Origin: the human T2T-CHM13v2.0 reference genome, Homo sapiens
Direction of reading: 5' to 3'
NCBI GenBank assembly: GCA_009914755.4
Contig: CP086569.2
Span: 1,792,001-1,856,000 of the forward strand
Length of the DNA: 64,000 bases
Shown here: positions 39,955-60,010 of the stretch, one piece after another
Layout: every line of letters starts with the position of its first letter
How positions within the stretch are numbered: position 1 is the first letter of the stretch
Position numbers and translations under genes: made by a program
The notes under the pieces: generated by a model
Database searches by the model: none
What the model was told of the DNA's origin: nothing
Seen by the model: only the letters and a program-made list of their open reading frames with translations

Positions 39955-40290
39955 TGATATGGTTTGGCTGTGTCCCCACCCAAATCTCATCTTGAATTCC
40001 CACGTGTTGTGGGAGGGACCCTGTGGGAGGAGGTAACTGAATCATGGAGGCAGGTCTTTTCAATGCTGTTCTCATGACAGTGAATAAGTCTCACGAGATC
40101 TGATGGTTTTATAAGAGGGCATTTCCCTGCACAAGCTCTCTCTTTGCCTGCCGTCATCCATGTAAGATGTGACTTGCTCCTCCTTGCCTTCTGCCACAAT
40201 TGTGAGGCCTACCTAGCCACATGGCATGTGTGTCCATTAAACCTCTATTTCTGTATGAATTACCCAGTCTCCCAAGTATGTCTGTATCAG
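39955..40290 (+). mobile_element. THE1-type MaLR LTR
   Basis: tgatatggtttggctgtgtccccacccaaatctcatcttgaattcccacgtgttgtgggaggg…. Confidence 0.85.
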
Positions 40291-40935
40291 GTACGTCTTC
40301 TCCTGAGTGGAAATAGGCATTTATGAAAGTAAAGGAGAACAGCATAGCTTCCATTGCTTTGTGTGTTTTGTGGCTCTGGTTTTCTTTAAAAACAGCTAGG
40401 AAACGAGACATGGGGATTTGTAGTCATGGCAGATTTACAGAATTGGAAGACATACCCAGGTATGTCATTATCAGCAGCATCCAAACGGACTAATACAGCA
40501 AGACTCACTATGCATTAGAGCTACGCTTTAGAAGCACAAGTCCATGTATTTTGAGAAGACTGCATTCTTCCACAATTTGGTAGGGCTGAGGACCCCCTCC
40601 CCCTCCACCAAGCATCTCTTGAAAGCAGCTAAAGACTGTGTAAGGGTCCTTTGGCAGGGGAATGTTCCTATCATTATTGCATTTCCTGATTTCTGTATGT
40701 GATGCTTTGACACTAGGGGGTCTTGCTGCCTCTAGAGAAACTGACCATCTCAGGGTTAGGCAATTTCTGGAGAACATGAACAACTCCTCTATGAGCATGT
40801 CTTTCATATGCAAAACAATCAATCTAGATTCCACACCCCAACAACATTCTGTGTGGGAGTCTCCCATCCCATGGCCACTCTCCACTTGCCCTAAGGTCCC
40901 CAGTGCCAGGTACCAGGCGAATACGGAGAGCCCCG

Positions 40936-41274
40936 GTATTAGTCTGTTTTCATGCAACTTATAAAGACATACCACAGGCTGGGCAGTTTACAAAAGAAAG
41001 ACAGACTTAATGGACTTACAGTTCCAAGCCACACAATCATGGTGGAAGGCAAGGAGGAACAAGTCATGTCTTTCATGGATGGCAGCAGGCAGAGAGAGAG
41101 CTTGTGCAGGGAAATGCCCGCTTATAAAACCATCAGATTTTATGAAACTTATTCACTATCACAAGAACGACACGGGAAAGACCTGCCCCCATGATTCAAT
41201 TACCTCCCACTAGGAACCTCCCACAATGAGTAGGAATTCAAGATGAGATTTGGGTGGGGACACAGCCAAACCAT
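40936..41274 (-). mobile_element. THE1-type MaLR LTR
   Basis: ggtattagtctgttttcatgcaacttataaagac…cccccatgattcaattacctcccactagg…tttgggtggggacacagccaaacc. Confidence 0.85.
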
Positions 41275-42725
41275 TTCAGCTCCTGTACCCCCAGAGCTTG
41301 CTGAAATCATTCAAACTAGGCAATCCTAAACCTGCTCATCCTACCTCACCTGTTCCTTCCTACAGAAACCGCAATAAAGCCTCTCACCCATTTTTTTCTT
41401 CCTACTCCTTCCGTCTCCTGAGCTCCTCCATGGGGCCCTGCGTGATATGACACCCCCATCTTCTTGGGACCTTCTTGGGAAAGTAACAAAACTTTCTTCT
41501 CAAGAGCAGTCGTCTCCTGGTCTGTTGACCTTACTCTACCTAAATCATGATAAAGCCTATATTTTAAAACCATTCCCTGCCCTGGATTTTCTGGTTGCAG
41601 CATCAAGAAGTTCTGCCTGTAGCAGATGTTATTCTGCCCATGACAACTCACGTCACTCGACATCAGAATTTATCTCAGGAACCATCTGCTGCCAGCAGCT
41701 CCACACACATCAATCACTCTGAACCATATTGGGTAACATGGCTCCTTTTGGATAGCAAAAAAAGTTATGCAACCCCACATGATTGAAGGATATCATGCTA
41801 TTCTTAGAATGAGAACATGCACAGTGCCTCCAAAAGCTACTATTCCTTTACTCATAATTTATGACATATTTGTGTTTTATTTGCAAAAATGAATGACGAT
41901 GCATTCAGATGAGACATGTATTCTACATTCATATTATCAATTCTATGGACTACTCTTGGGGTAGATAAAAATCCACAGTCCCTTGTGGCCATTTTTCACA
42001 CTTTTCCTTGTTCATTTCTCACATTATGGGTCCACAGCCTTCTGACTGAAGACCTTTGCTTGGTATATTATCATCTACACTCACCGCCCAGTCTACACAC
42101 AGCAGTGGAGATGCTATTTGCCCCACCAGGGACAAGGTTTAAAATCCAGTGTGCTCAGCTCGGAGTGTTACAACTGGAGCACTCAGGAAATCAATGCATG
42201 CAACAGTGGTGTGGAAACCCTGCCTGGCATTATTGAAAGAGGCCCAGAAGGGGAGAACTTGCTCGGCAGTAACTGTCAGACATAAGCAGGTTCTCATTTG
42301 CTCATTTTCTTTTTGAATAGATGCTCCCATGATTCAATTACCTCCCACCAGGTACCTCCCACAACATGTGGGAATTCTGATGGACTTATACATAGCAACT
42401 GTGATGACCTATTTCGGGAGCCTGACCTGGCCGGAGACTCCCTTCTGTCTTCTGAGAAGTTCAGAGGAACATCAGAGTTCAAGGTGGAGTGAGATCATGG
42501 CAGGAAGCCAAGGAGGTGGAGTGTATGGCTGTCTGGAGAAACTTCATCTTTCTTGGGGAGCTATACTCCCTAGGAAGAACTTCCAGTAAGTCGAGGGGAT
42601 CCTGGTACACGCTACAATTTTGTTCAATGGCTCCACGCACCTTTGAATTACAAAATGTTTTGGTTCTGGCCAGGGCAGCCTCCCGTAAGAGGCCATCACA
42701 GTTGCTATTTATAAGACCATCAAAA

Positions 42726-43026
42726 GGCTGGGCACGGTGGCTCACACCTGTAATCCCAGCACTTTGGGAGGCCAAGGCGGGAGGATCACGAGGCCAGGAG
42801 TTCGAGACCAGTCTGGCCAATATGGTGAAACCCTGTCTCTACTAAAAATACAAAAATTAGCCAGGCGTGGTGGTGTGCACCTGTAGTCTCAGACACTCAA
42901 GAGGCTGAGGCAGAAGAATTGCTTGAACCTGGGAGGCAGAGGTTACAGTGAGCTGAGATCACACCACTGCATTCCAGCCTGGACGACCCAGCGAGACTCT
43001 GTCTCAAAAAAAAAAAAAAAAAAAAC
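42726..43026 (+). mobile_element. Alu SINE
   Basis: ggctgggcacggtggctcacacc…. Confidence 0.95.
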
Positions 43027-44399
43027 AACACACCATCATAGTGTCAAGGACAAAACTTACCAGTAGGTTGGGGACTAGAGCGAACCGAAGGGTTGCTTGT
43101 TAATGAGTCCAAAGTTTCCATTTTGCAAACTGAAGAGAGTTCTGAAGATGGATGGTGTTGATGGTTCCACAACTCTATAAATGTATTCAATGCCACTGTA
43201 CACTTTAAAAAATGGTCAAGATGGTACATTTTATGGTATGCTATTTTACCACCATGAAAAGTAATTTTTCAAAGACAAGAGGAAAACTCATTAGCAAGTT
43301 GTAAGTCAGAATGACATAAAGAAGGCATTGAGGGTGGCACCAGGGAGCAACAGCTTTCACCTCAGACTTAGTATTTCTTCTGGAATCTACAGGAGATTTG
43401 CCCAGATTTTGCAACGTTAAGACAGAGCTTTACTACGTGCAGAACAGAGAGAAGAGACAAAGCTTATTATATACGTTCACATGATTGGTTTGCAGTGGGC
43501 GCCATATTGGTGTATGATCTTCCAATGACTTTTTACCATGAGATTGCTGGAAGATGGGGAAAATAAAATGTCAGATGTGTATTTTCTGGGCAGAAGGGCA
43601 GACACCATGCACACAGAATGTCTTCAAGGCTTTCTTAAGAGTTCATCAAAAATAAATAGGCTTTACAAATGCATCACTGTGCAAGAGTGTTGTATAAGGA
43701 ATCACACATATTTTGCATTTGATCTTTCAAACAACACAGCAAAGGAGGTCTTATGACTTCCATTTTCCATACAGATGAGTTCAGATGCACGCTTGAGAAC
43801 ATGTCATTCTACTGTGTCTGTGTTTGACAGCTCTGCAGAGCTGTGTGCTGGTCTACAAGTAAAATTAAGTTGGCATCGAGCTCCAACAATGAATGAAGGG
43901 TACGTTTCTTGGGCCAGTTTAGTCAAAGTGTCTCTGTCACCTGAGGGCTGCTTAATGGCCTTAGGGAACGAGTTTTGGAAGCACCTGTTAAAGACAGGCA
44001 GAACGCTGCAGGAGGGACGCCTGTCATTCCACGGTGTCTGCCCACACTGTGCTGGTCCATCCTAATGAGCACGGGCATTAGAACTCAAGACGGCACAAGC
44101 CCCAGGCAGCGGAGTGAGCGGCCTCCAACCTCATGTGTGCTGCTGTGCACAGACAGGATTTCCAGATACATCCTGCTTTTCAGCCACTGCCTCAGATGAA
44201 AAGCTGGCAGCTGCATACATTTTGAATAGAGAACAAGGGAAAATGATTTTAAGCGATGCTTTCCGGCTCAGGGAATGATGTTGTTCCTTCCTACTGGGAG
44301 TCTTTCTCGAGTTTGTCTTCCAGGAGGCAGGTGAAGGTGAGAATTCTATACTGAACATTTGAGGCAGTCACTGAGAGCTTAAAAGTCTCCAGGGAATAC

Positions 44400-44700
<301 letters not shown>

Positions 44701-45168
44701 TGTCTCCAGGGAATGAATCCCAAGGAGCTCTGGGAGGCTCAGTCTTCCCCCAGGTATGTTCCTTCACATCCTCTTCCCCTTTGAGTCTGCATCTTAGCTG
44801 GTGGTTTTCTTCCACACAACTGGCTGTGGGGTATCTCTTGGGATTTGCATGTGCTTTTCTATCTGTGTTGCCTGTTCTGCTGGTCCACCTGATGAACACA
44901 GCCCCTACCATCTCCAACCTACACTTTCCCCCATAGGCATAACCTTCCCTGCACCTCCTGCACCTGTTGAGCTTAAATTAGTCAGAGACAACTCTCGCTA
45001 TGGTGTACCTGTCCTATGGTCTAGGTAGTCACTCCTGAAAAAGAGGAACCTTTATTTATTTCACTTTGTATCTCCAATCACATGAGGAATGCCAGAAAGC
45101 CCCTTGACTTGACTTAGAACCTGCTGATAACTTTGTTCTTAATTCCTCTGTAAAAAAAATTATTTTTA

Positions 45169-45453
45169 GGCCACTTGCGGTGGCTCATGCCTGTCATCCC
45201 AGCACTTTGGGAGGCTGAGGCAGATCACTTGAGGTCAGGAGTTCGAGACCAGCCTGTCCAGCATGGTGAAACCCCGTCTCTGCTAAAAATACAGAAATTA
45301 GCCAGGCCTAGTGGTGTGCACATGTAATCCCAGCTACTCAGGAGGCTGAAGCAGAAGAATCACTTGAACCCGGGAGGTGGAGGTTGCAGTGAGCCAAGAT
45401 CACACCACTGCACACTCCAGCCTGGGACTGAGTGAGACTCTGTCTCAACAACA
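45169..45453 (+). mobile_element. Alu SINE
   Basis: ggccacttgcggtggctcatgcc… with a (caa)n tail. Confidence 0.9.
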
Positions 45454-45477
45454 ACAACAACAACATTCCATTTTCTT

Positions 45478-46208
<731 letters not shown>

Positions 46209-46463
46209 TTAGGGTAGAGAGAGTCTATAAAGTCATAGCAAATACTAAATTAGCAAATATGACACCAGGGATTCCAGGGGAAATATAGACTTAGGTTCCC
46301 GTGAGCAACTGTTCATAAAACTGTTGGCCGCCAGTCCATAGATGAGCTTGTTGTATGTGTGTTTCTGTTCCCAGACACCTTACTGAATCGATATTGTAGA
46401 CGCATTCCCACTGACGTCACAGTCAACAGCACTATAGCTCATGTCTGGGAAAAGCTTCTCTAA

Positions 46464-46857
<394 letters not shown>

Positions 46858-47010
46858 TAAACAGCAAAGTCACCAAGAAAAAGCGTAAGAAGGCAAGAAG
46901 TGTGGCAGTGAAGAGAAAGCAAAAAGAACACTTTTATTTATTTGTTTGTCTTTTAGAGTGGGAGAGCTGAAGTCACAAGACACAGCCTTTCTTTGTTAGA
47001 TGTCAGCTGG

Positions 47011-47013
<3 letters not shown>

Positions 47014-47042
<29 letters not shown>
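47014..47042. repeat. (TG)n microsatellite
   Basis: gtgtgtgtgtgtgtgtgtgtgtgtgtgtg. Confidence 0.95.
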
Positions 47043-47043
<1 letters not shown>

Positions 47044-47342
47044 GGGTGATTCAAATCTTTTCATATTCAGTATGTGTCTGTGAGTGACCCAGGAAGCACC
47101 CTCACTATTGATTTGGGGTGACAAATCAATTTTAGTGAGCAGGGGAATTCATGAATTCACAATGTGCAGATAATGGCCATTTGTACATCTTCTTTTGAGA
47201 ACTGTCTATTCAAGACAAGTGGCCAAGAAACGTATGAAAAAATGCTCAGCGTCACGAATGATCAGGGAAACGCAAGTCAAAACCACAATGTGATACCATC
47301 TTTCTCCCGAAGAATGGCCATAATCAAAACATCAAAAAATAA

Positions 47343-47826
<484 letters not shown>

Positions 47827-47907
47827 ACACACGCATGTTTATAGCAGCACAATTCATAATTGCAAAATCGTGGAACCAACCCAAATGCCCATCAATGAGT
47901 GGATAAA

Positions 47908-48292
<385 letters not shown>

Positions 48293-48432
48293 TCAGCCAT
48301 GAAAAGGAATGAATGAATGGCATTCACAGCAACCGGGATGGAATTGGAGACCATCATTCTAAGTGAAGTAACTCAGGAATGGAAAACCAAACATCCTATC
48401 ATCCTATGTTCTCCCTCATAAATGGGAGCTTA

Positions 48433-48831
48433 AGAAACTGTGGGGGGTGTGTGTGTGTGTGTATATAGTGTGTGTATATATATTTACACACAATGTGTGT
48501 GTATATATTTACACACAATGTGTGTGAGTATATATATTTACACACAATGTGTGTGAGTATATATATTTACACACAATGTGTGTATATTTACACACAATGT
48601 GTGTGTATATATATTTACACACAGTGTGTGTAAATATATTTACACACAGTGTGTGTAAATATATTTACACACTGTGTGTGTATATATATTCACAGTGTGT
48701 GTGTATATATATTCACACAGTGTGTGTGTATATATATTCACACACTGTGTGTGTATATATACACTATATGTCTATATATAGTGCTGAATATATATACACA
48801 CAATATATATATATGTCTATGTATATAGTGC

Positions 48832-48882
<51 letters not shown>

Positions 48883-48897
48883 GCTATATATATATAA
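48433..48897. repeat. Second microsatellite block with ~29-bp periodic units
   Basis: atatatttacacacaatgtgtgtgagtat repeated, grading into (TA)n(CA)n. Confidence 0.9.
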
Positions 48898-49286
48898 AGT
48901 GGAATACTACTCAGCCAGGAAAAGGAATGAATGAATGGCATTCACAGCAACCTGGATGGAATTGGAGACCATCATTCTAAGTGAAGTAACTCAGGAATGG
49001 AAAACCAAACATCCTTTGTTCTCCCTCATAAGTGGGAGCCAAGTTAGGAGGATGCAAAGCCCTAAGAATGATATGATGGACTTTGGGGACTCAGCAGGAA
49101 AGGGTAGGAAGGAGACTAGAGATAAAAGACTACTAATTGGGTTCACTGTATACTGCTCAGGTGATGGGTGCATCCAAATGTCACAAATCACCACTAAAGA
49201 ACTGACTCATGTAAGCAAACACCACCTGTTCCCCAATAACACATGGAAATAAAATATATATATATATATAAGATAAAATAAAATAA

Positions 49287-49660
<374 letters not shown>

Positions 49661-50052
49661 CTGTGTGCCCTGTTCCTTACTGGCTCACCACTGTGGAAGT
49701 CTTGTCTCCTGCCATGAGACCTGGGGCTTTCTCTTTGCCCTTCAAATGGCCCAGTGGGTCCCTGAACTACCAGACGAGGCAGCCCACACAGACGCCACAT
49801 GGGCATCTTGAGGCTCTTCCTAAGAATTCCTTCATTATTTTGTGATGCTTTAATGGGAAATAGACATGAATATGGTCAAAGAGTCAAAGTGATTTGGAAG
49901 TTGTTTAGCAATGAAGACAAGAAACTTCAGTCCGCCTTAGTAGCAAGATCAACTAGTTTTGCTTTTCCTGTTTCCCATGAATTGAGTCAAAGCCCGGAAG
50001 GGCAGCTTTTCAGAAGAGTTGAGCATGGAGAACAAATACAAAAGGATATCTA

Positions 50053-50301
50053 GGCCGGGCCATGAGGTCAGGAGTTCGAGACCAGCCTGGCCAACATGGT
50101 GAAACCCCATCTCTACTAAAAATGCAAAATTAGCCAGGCGTGGTGGCGGGCGCCTGTAATCCCAGCTACTCAGAAGGCTGAGGCAGGAGAATCACTTGAG
50201 CCAGACAGTCAGAGGTTGCAGTGAGCCGAGATCGCACCACCGCACTCCAACTTTGGTGACAGAGCAAGACTCTGCCTCAGAAAAAAAAAAAAAAAAAAAA
50301 A
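50053..50301 (+). mobile_element. Alu SINE with a ~50-bp deletion in the left monomer
   Basis: ggccgggc|catgaggtcagg…, with a TSD gatatctag. Confidence 0.9.
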
Positions 50302-50687
50302 GATATCTAGTTTAACGTGCTGAACGGGATACTCATTACTTACTTAAATAATCACCTAAATTGGAACCTTTCCATCGTAATGGATTGCTCCAGCATTTAG
50401 CCTAGCAGAATCCCAGTAAAACGTTCCAGCTATTTCTGCATCCTGTCTCTGACTCCCCAAGACAGTAGCCCAGCTATTCACAGTCAGGTCCATTTTCTTC
50501 ATGAGGTTAAAATCCAACAGACTGTTGGTCACACGGCGGTTGGAGGCTTGCTGGGCTGGGTCTAACGGCATCTTGGAAGATAAGAGCTGGAGGAATGGTA
50601 ATATGTTCCTCCAGGTTCTCACGAGCTGTCTTGCTTTTTATTTTTCCTTTTCCTGGTAAATGTGCATACGAGAAATGGAAACCGTAG

Positions 50688-51910
<1,223 letters not shown>

Positions 51911-52045
51911 CAAAGCACATGATTTTATTCTTTTTTATGGCTGCATAGTATTCCATAGTATATATGTACCACATTTTCTTCCTTTTTTTTTTTTTTTGAC
52001 ATGGAGTCTCACTGTCGCCCAGGCTGAAGTGCAGTGGAGTTGATA
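51911..52045 (-). mobile_element. Duplicated L1 segment (51911–51985) plus a ~55-bp Alu 3' fragment (51986–52045)
   Basis: ttttattcttttttatggctgcatagtattccatagtatatatgtaccacattttc repeats the sequence at 51265–51318. Confidence 0.75.
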
Positions 52046-52366
52046 ATTTGCTTCACATCAGGGGACTGAATACACTTTGCTTGGTGCATTTTTCCTTCCA
52101 TTTTTCAGTGCAAGATGACGAGAATGTTGCAACACTAATGTAACAATGTCAGGTGCATGTTTTCTGCTTTCATTTCATGTTTAAATTACATGCTCCCGAT
52201 CTTCCTGAAAAGGACTCTTACAAAGTTTACCCATTGAACACACGGTTTCAAATTTCTCTTCTTCCTTTTCCACCCTCCCACCTTTCCTAAGTAAAACTGA
52301 CTACGGATTACAAGGAAAGAAGAGAAATAGAAAGAAAAAGACATGGCCTCAAAACCTAGATTAAGG

Positions 52367-52535
52367 CTGGGCACGGTGGTTTACACCTGTAATCCCAGCA
52401 CTTTGGGAGGCTGAGGCTGGAGGATCACCTGGACTCTGGGAGGCTGAGACGGCAGTGAGCTGTGATCGCACCATTGCAGTCCAGCCTGGACCACAGAGTG
52501 AGAACCTGTCTCAACAACAACAAGTGAGGAAGCTG
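52367..52535 (+). mobile_element. Partial Alu (monomer-like)
   Basis: ggctgggcacggtggtttacacctgtaatccc…. Confidence 0.8.
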
Positions 52536-52606
52536 GGTCTCAACCCATGTCAGTGGTAGGGCACAGAGCTTTTATGAGAAATCTGCAAACTGTCAAATGC
52601 ACCTGC

Positions 52607-52632
52607 CATGATGTGTGTGTGTGTGTGTGTGT
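52607..52632. repeat. (TG)n microsatellite
   Basis: tgtgtgtgtgtgtgtgtgtgtg. Confidence 0.95.
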
Positions 52633-52756
52633 GGGGCACACATTTTCCAAACGTGAAAATTCTGTTGAGATTAATGAAGTGAAAATGTACTGCAGATATA
52701 TTACCGAATGTAGTAGTTTTAGTCATTAATAATTAGCTTAATGTGGCCAGGGGCGG

Positions 52757-53033
52757 TCCAGAGTCTGGCTCTGTCACCCAGACTGAGATTGCAGTGGTGC
52801 AATCTCAGCTCACTGCAACCTCTGTGTCTGGGTTCAAGCGATTCTCCTGCCTCAGCCTCTCGAGTAGCTGGGATTACAGGCACGCACCCTGACAGCCAGC
52901 TAATTTTTGTATTTTTAGTAGAGATGAGGTTTTACCATGTTGGCCAGGCTAGTCTCGAACTCCTGACCTCATGATCCGCCCATCTTAACCTCCCAAAGTG
53001 CAGGGATTACAGGTGTGAGCCACTGAATCTGGC
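52757..53033 (-). mobile_element. Alu SINE without a poly-T head
   Basis: rc Alu …cccaaagtgcagggattacaggtgtgagccactgaatctggcc. Confidence 0.9.
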
Positions 53034-53039
53034 CAAAAC

Positions 53040-53355
53040 CTCTTTTCTTTTCCTTTTTCCTTTTTTTTTTTTTTTTTGAGACAGAGTTTCGCTCTTGTTG
53101 CCCAGGCTGGAGTGAAATGGCATGATCTCGCTCACTGTAACCTCTGCTTCCCAGGTTCAAGTGATTCTCCAGCCTCAGCCTCCCGAGTAGCTGAGGTTAC
53201 CAGCATGTATCACCACACCTGGCTAATTTTGTATTTTTAGTAGAGATGAGGTTTCACCATGTTGATCAGGCTGGTCTTGAACTCCTGACCTGATGATGTG
53301 CCTGCCTCAGTCTCCCAAAGTGTTGAGATTATAGGCGTGAGCCACTGCACCTGGC
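53040..53355 (-). mobile_element. Alu SINE inserted into the 3' end of a MaLR LTR
   Basis: rc Alu, with a TSD aaacctcttttctt. Confidence 0.95.
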
Positions 53356-53432
53356 CCAAACCTCTTTTCTTTGTAAATTCCGAGTCTCAGGTAGTTCTTT
53401 ACAGCAGTGCAAGAATGGACCAATACACTTCC
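53356..53432 (+). mobile_element. MaLR LTR 3' terminal fragment
   Basis: aaacctcttttctttgtaaattccgagtctcaggtagttctttacagcagtgcaagaatggaccaatacac. Confidence 0.7.
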
Positions 53433-53869
53433 CCATTATCTGCAGGATAAATTCAGTTTCCTGGTTCAGGGTCCAATCTGATATGCTTCAACTTCTATTT
53501 CAAATATATCTTCCTGTGATCAGCCAAATGGATCTTGTGATCACTGTGTGCCTCATTGTGACTTCACGTCCAGAAGCTTGAAATATTCTTCCTCCACCTG
53601 TCCACCTTCTTGCATTCCGCCTGTCCTTAGAGACACAGTCAAAGGCAATCTTGCATCAAGACCCACTGGTCTATGATGCTCTCTTGCCAGCTCATTGCAC
53701 GATGAGAAGCAGTCCTGCTATAGGAAGAATCCAGAGACCTCCCATCAAACACCGGTCTTCACTCACTAGCTGGCTGAATGAGTCAGGGTTAAAGCTCACA
53801 GCGATACCCAGGAGATCCAGAAATACAGTGAGTGGCCCAGTCAAGATGAAAGTTTACTTTCCATCCATG

Positions 53870-54900
53870 CTCCATCCAATGAGGTGGGCTCTGTCAAGCC
53901 TGAAAAATTTTTTCTCTGGTCCTTTACACAAATATTTTGCGAGTTCCCGACCTCCAGTATCTAAAACGTTCCCAAAGTTACCTTTTCAGTTAAACATAAC
54001 ACCAAAAGGTTCATATTATACCCTGTGTACTGTGTTGAATTTTTAAACACTAACAAGAAAAAACTGGCCAGGCGCAGTGGCTCATGCCTGTAATTCCAGC
54101 AATTTGGGAAGCAGAGGTGGGAGAATTGCTTGCGTTCAGCAGTTTGAGACCAGCCTGGGCAACATAGTGAGACTCTGCCTCTAAGAAAAGTAAAAAATTA
54201 GCTGGGCATACTGGCCCACACCTGTAATTTTAGCTACGGGGGCTGGAGGATGGCTTGAGCCCAGGAGATGGAGGTTGCAGTGGGCTATGATGGTGCGACT
54301 GCACTCCAGCCTGGGCAACAGAGTGTGATCCCATCCCTCAATAAAGAAAGAAAATAATGTTTTTATCAATAGTTAAATCTTTGCCTCCAAAAAGTTAAGC
54401 ATTTTGGTGATTGTATTGGAAAAAGAAAATGCTGAGAAGTTCAACTTTGTTAATATACTAAGCACTGATTTAATGTTAATTATGGAAATGGCATCAGAAA
54501 TGATTACTGTTTACAAAAACAAAATCAGGTGATGTATATAACCGTCCAATTAGGTGGGCTCTGTAAAGCCTGAAATATTTTCTATCTTGTTCTTTATACA
54601 AATATTTTGTGAGTTCATGACCTCCAGCATCTAAAATGGTCCAAAAGTTACCTTTTAAGTTAAACATAAAACCAAAAGTTTCATATTATACCCTCTGTAC
54701 TCTGTTGAATGTTTAAAGACTAACAAGAAAACACCGGCCAGGCACAGTGGCTCATGCCTGTAATTCCAGCAATTTGAGAAGCCGAGGGAGCCGAGATTAA
54801 TATGCTAAGCACTGATTTAATGTTTATAATTACAGAAATGGCACCAGGATTACTGTTTACAAAAAAAAAAAAACAGGTGATACGTGAGGTCTGTCAACCG
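53870..54900. repeat. Tandem duplication of a ~680-bp unit. Unit 1 (53870–54545) contains an old Alu at 54066–54355. Unit 2 (54546–54900) keeps only the first ~55 bp of that Alu.
   Basis: ggtgggctctgt(c/a)aagcctgaaa…ttaaacataa(c/a)accaaaag…tattataccct…, colinear in both units. Confidence 0.85.
54066..54355 (+). mobile_element. Alu SINE, older and diverged
   Basis: ggccaggcgcagtggctcatgcctgtaattccagcaatttgggaagc…. Confidence 0.85.
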
Positions 54901-55079
54901 TGGTTGTGTGTGACCGTGTGCCAATAACTCAGTTATTCCCATTTTCTCATCTGTAAAATGGGTAAAATTAAACTTTCCTCATAAAATGTTCACGGGTATC
55001 AAGTAAAATCATATGTGTAAGTATCTAGCAAAATTTAAGGCCAATAACAAGCCATTGATAAATGGCAGCTCTTTTTTAA

Positions 55080-55530
<451 letters not shown>

Positions 55531-55749
55531 CTGAAAACATAATTTTGTTTTCAAGTGTTGGGGCTCAGGTTTGTCCATCGTCACAAAAACGTTGTCCATA
55601 AAATGTAACAATACCACAACACCGGAAAAATGCTTCCACAAGTGGCTGAGGCAGTAATGAAAGTAATTACACCTGTCACTTCTTTTTCTTGTTGCTGTTA
55701 TTGTTGTCTAAAGTTTAGCTTGCTTCATTCTTTCCCTTAAACTTTTATC

Positions 55750-56410
<661 letters not shown>

Positions 56411-56538
56411 CTGTAATTCCCAAGCATGTAGAAATATTACAACACGATCCAGCGGCATAAAATGTGGTTTGAACCCACCCCCATCCTTTGGTTTTTCTCT
56501 TTCCTCCCTTCCCTTAACCTCCTACTTTTAGTTTTTAG

Positions 56539-56862
<324 letters not shown>

Positions 56863-57160
56863 GCCTGTTTCTTGTATGCTAAGGTTTGCATTACAGCTGG
56901 GAAAGTGGAGAAGAGACAATGTTTCTCCTCCAACCGAGTAAACAAAATTACGGGGATTAGAATGTGCCTGCTAAGAGCTCAGTAAACGTCATCTAGTGGT
57001 TACTAAGTGACCAAACAGGAAGCTGGGTGTTCATGCAGTCATGCCTGGATTCACTCACACTGCAGCCGCTGGTAGGGACAGACACAGCAGGGTTGGGACA
57101 GATTTGGTGGAAGAAATCATAAGCTAAAGAGAAACCCTGGCGTGCAAAACAATCCTTCCT

Positions 57161-58900
<1,740 letters not shown>

Positions 58901-59187
58901 GAGGCACAGTGAGATGTCTGTAACATAATACAAATTGGGTGGTTACATTTGGCCTCTTGAAATTCAACAAAACCACAATACAATCCAGCATCTTTGGTCC
59001 AAAGCAGCTCCTGCCTCCTGACTTCTGCTCCAGTGGTGCGTCTGTTTTCCTAGAGTGTCGTCTGGGGCAACAACGCTTCTTTGAACTTTGCAAAAAGGCT
59101 TGGGATGTGTTGACCCAAGTCCAGCTCTGTGATCTCAAATAACTTAGCCAGTCTCTTTTGTTGCTTCTGTCTCACTAAAGAGAATAG

Positions 59188-59569
<382 letters not shown>

Positions 59570-60010
59570 TAGGGGTATTTGTTGTTACCCCAGCACAGAA
59601 TGGAAAACTGGTGCATGGGGTGGTTTAATAACCTGTGCAGGGTCAGGCAGGTGGAAAATAGCAGGTATGATTCAACCTGGTTTCTCTCTCTAGGTGGTCC
59701 TGTCGACCGTCGCTTGACCTGGCTGATTCCGAAGCTGCCTTCTGGCGCAGACATCCTACACTGCTGGATTCCTCCTCCATCTTTTGCTCCTCAGTTATCC
59801 GATGTGGAGGGAATCCCTCCCTCTCAAGTCATTGCCACCTTCTGTCCACGTTACCAAATGAGGTCACTGGTCCTCATCTGTGGGTTCCTTCATGCAGCGT
59901 TGCACGCCTCCACAAGCACGTTGCCGTTTCGAGAACTCTGGCTAGTGATGTCACATCGTTGATGAGAGGCCACGTGGTCCTTCAGGTGGAAGCTGTGAAT
60001 GAACATCCTC

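Noticed and set aside
40508-40975. A 155-aa minus-strand ORF between the two THE1 LTRs.
   Set aside because: It has no recognisable protein features and overlaps the LTR terminus. The sequence alone gives no support for an exon.
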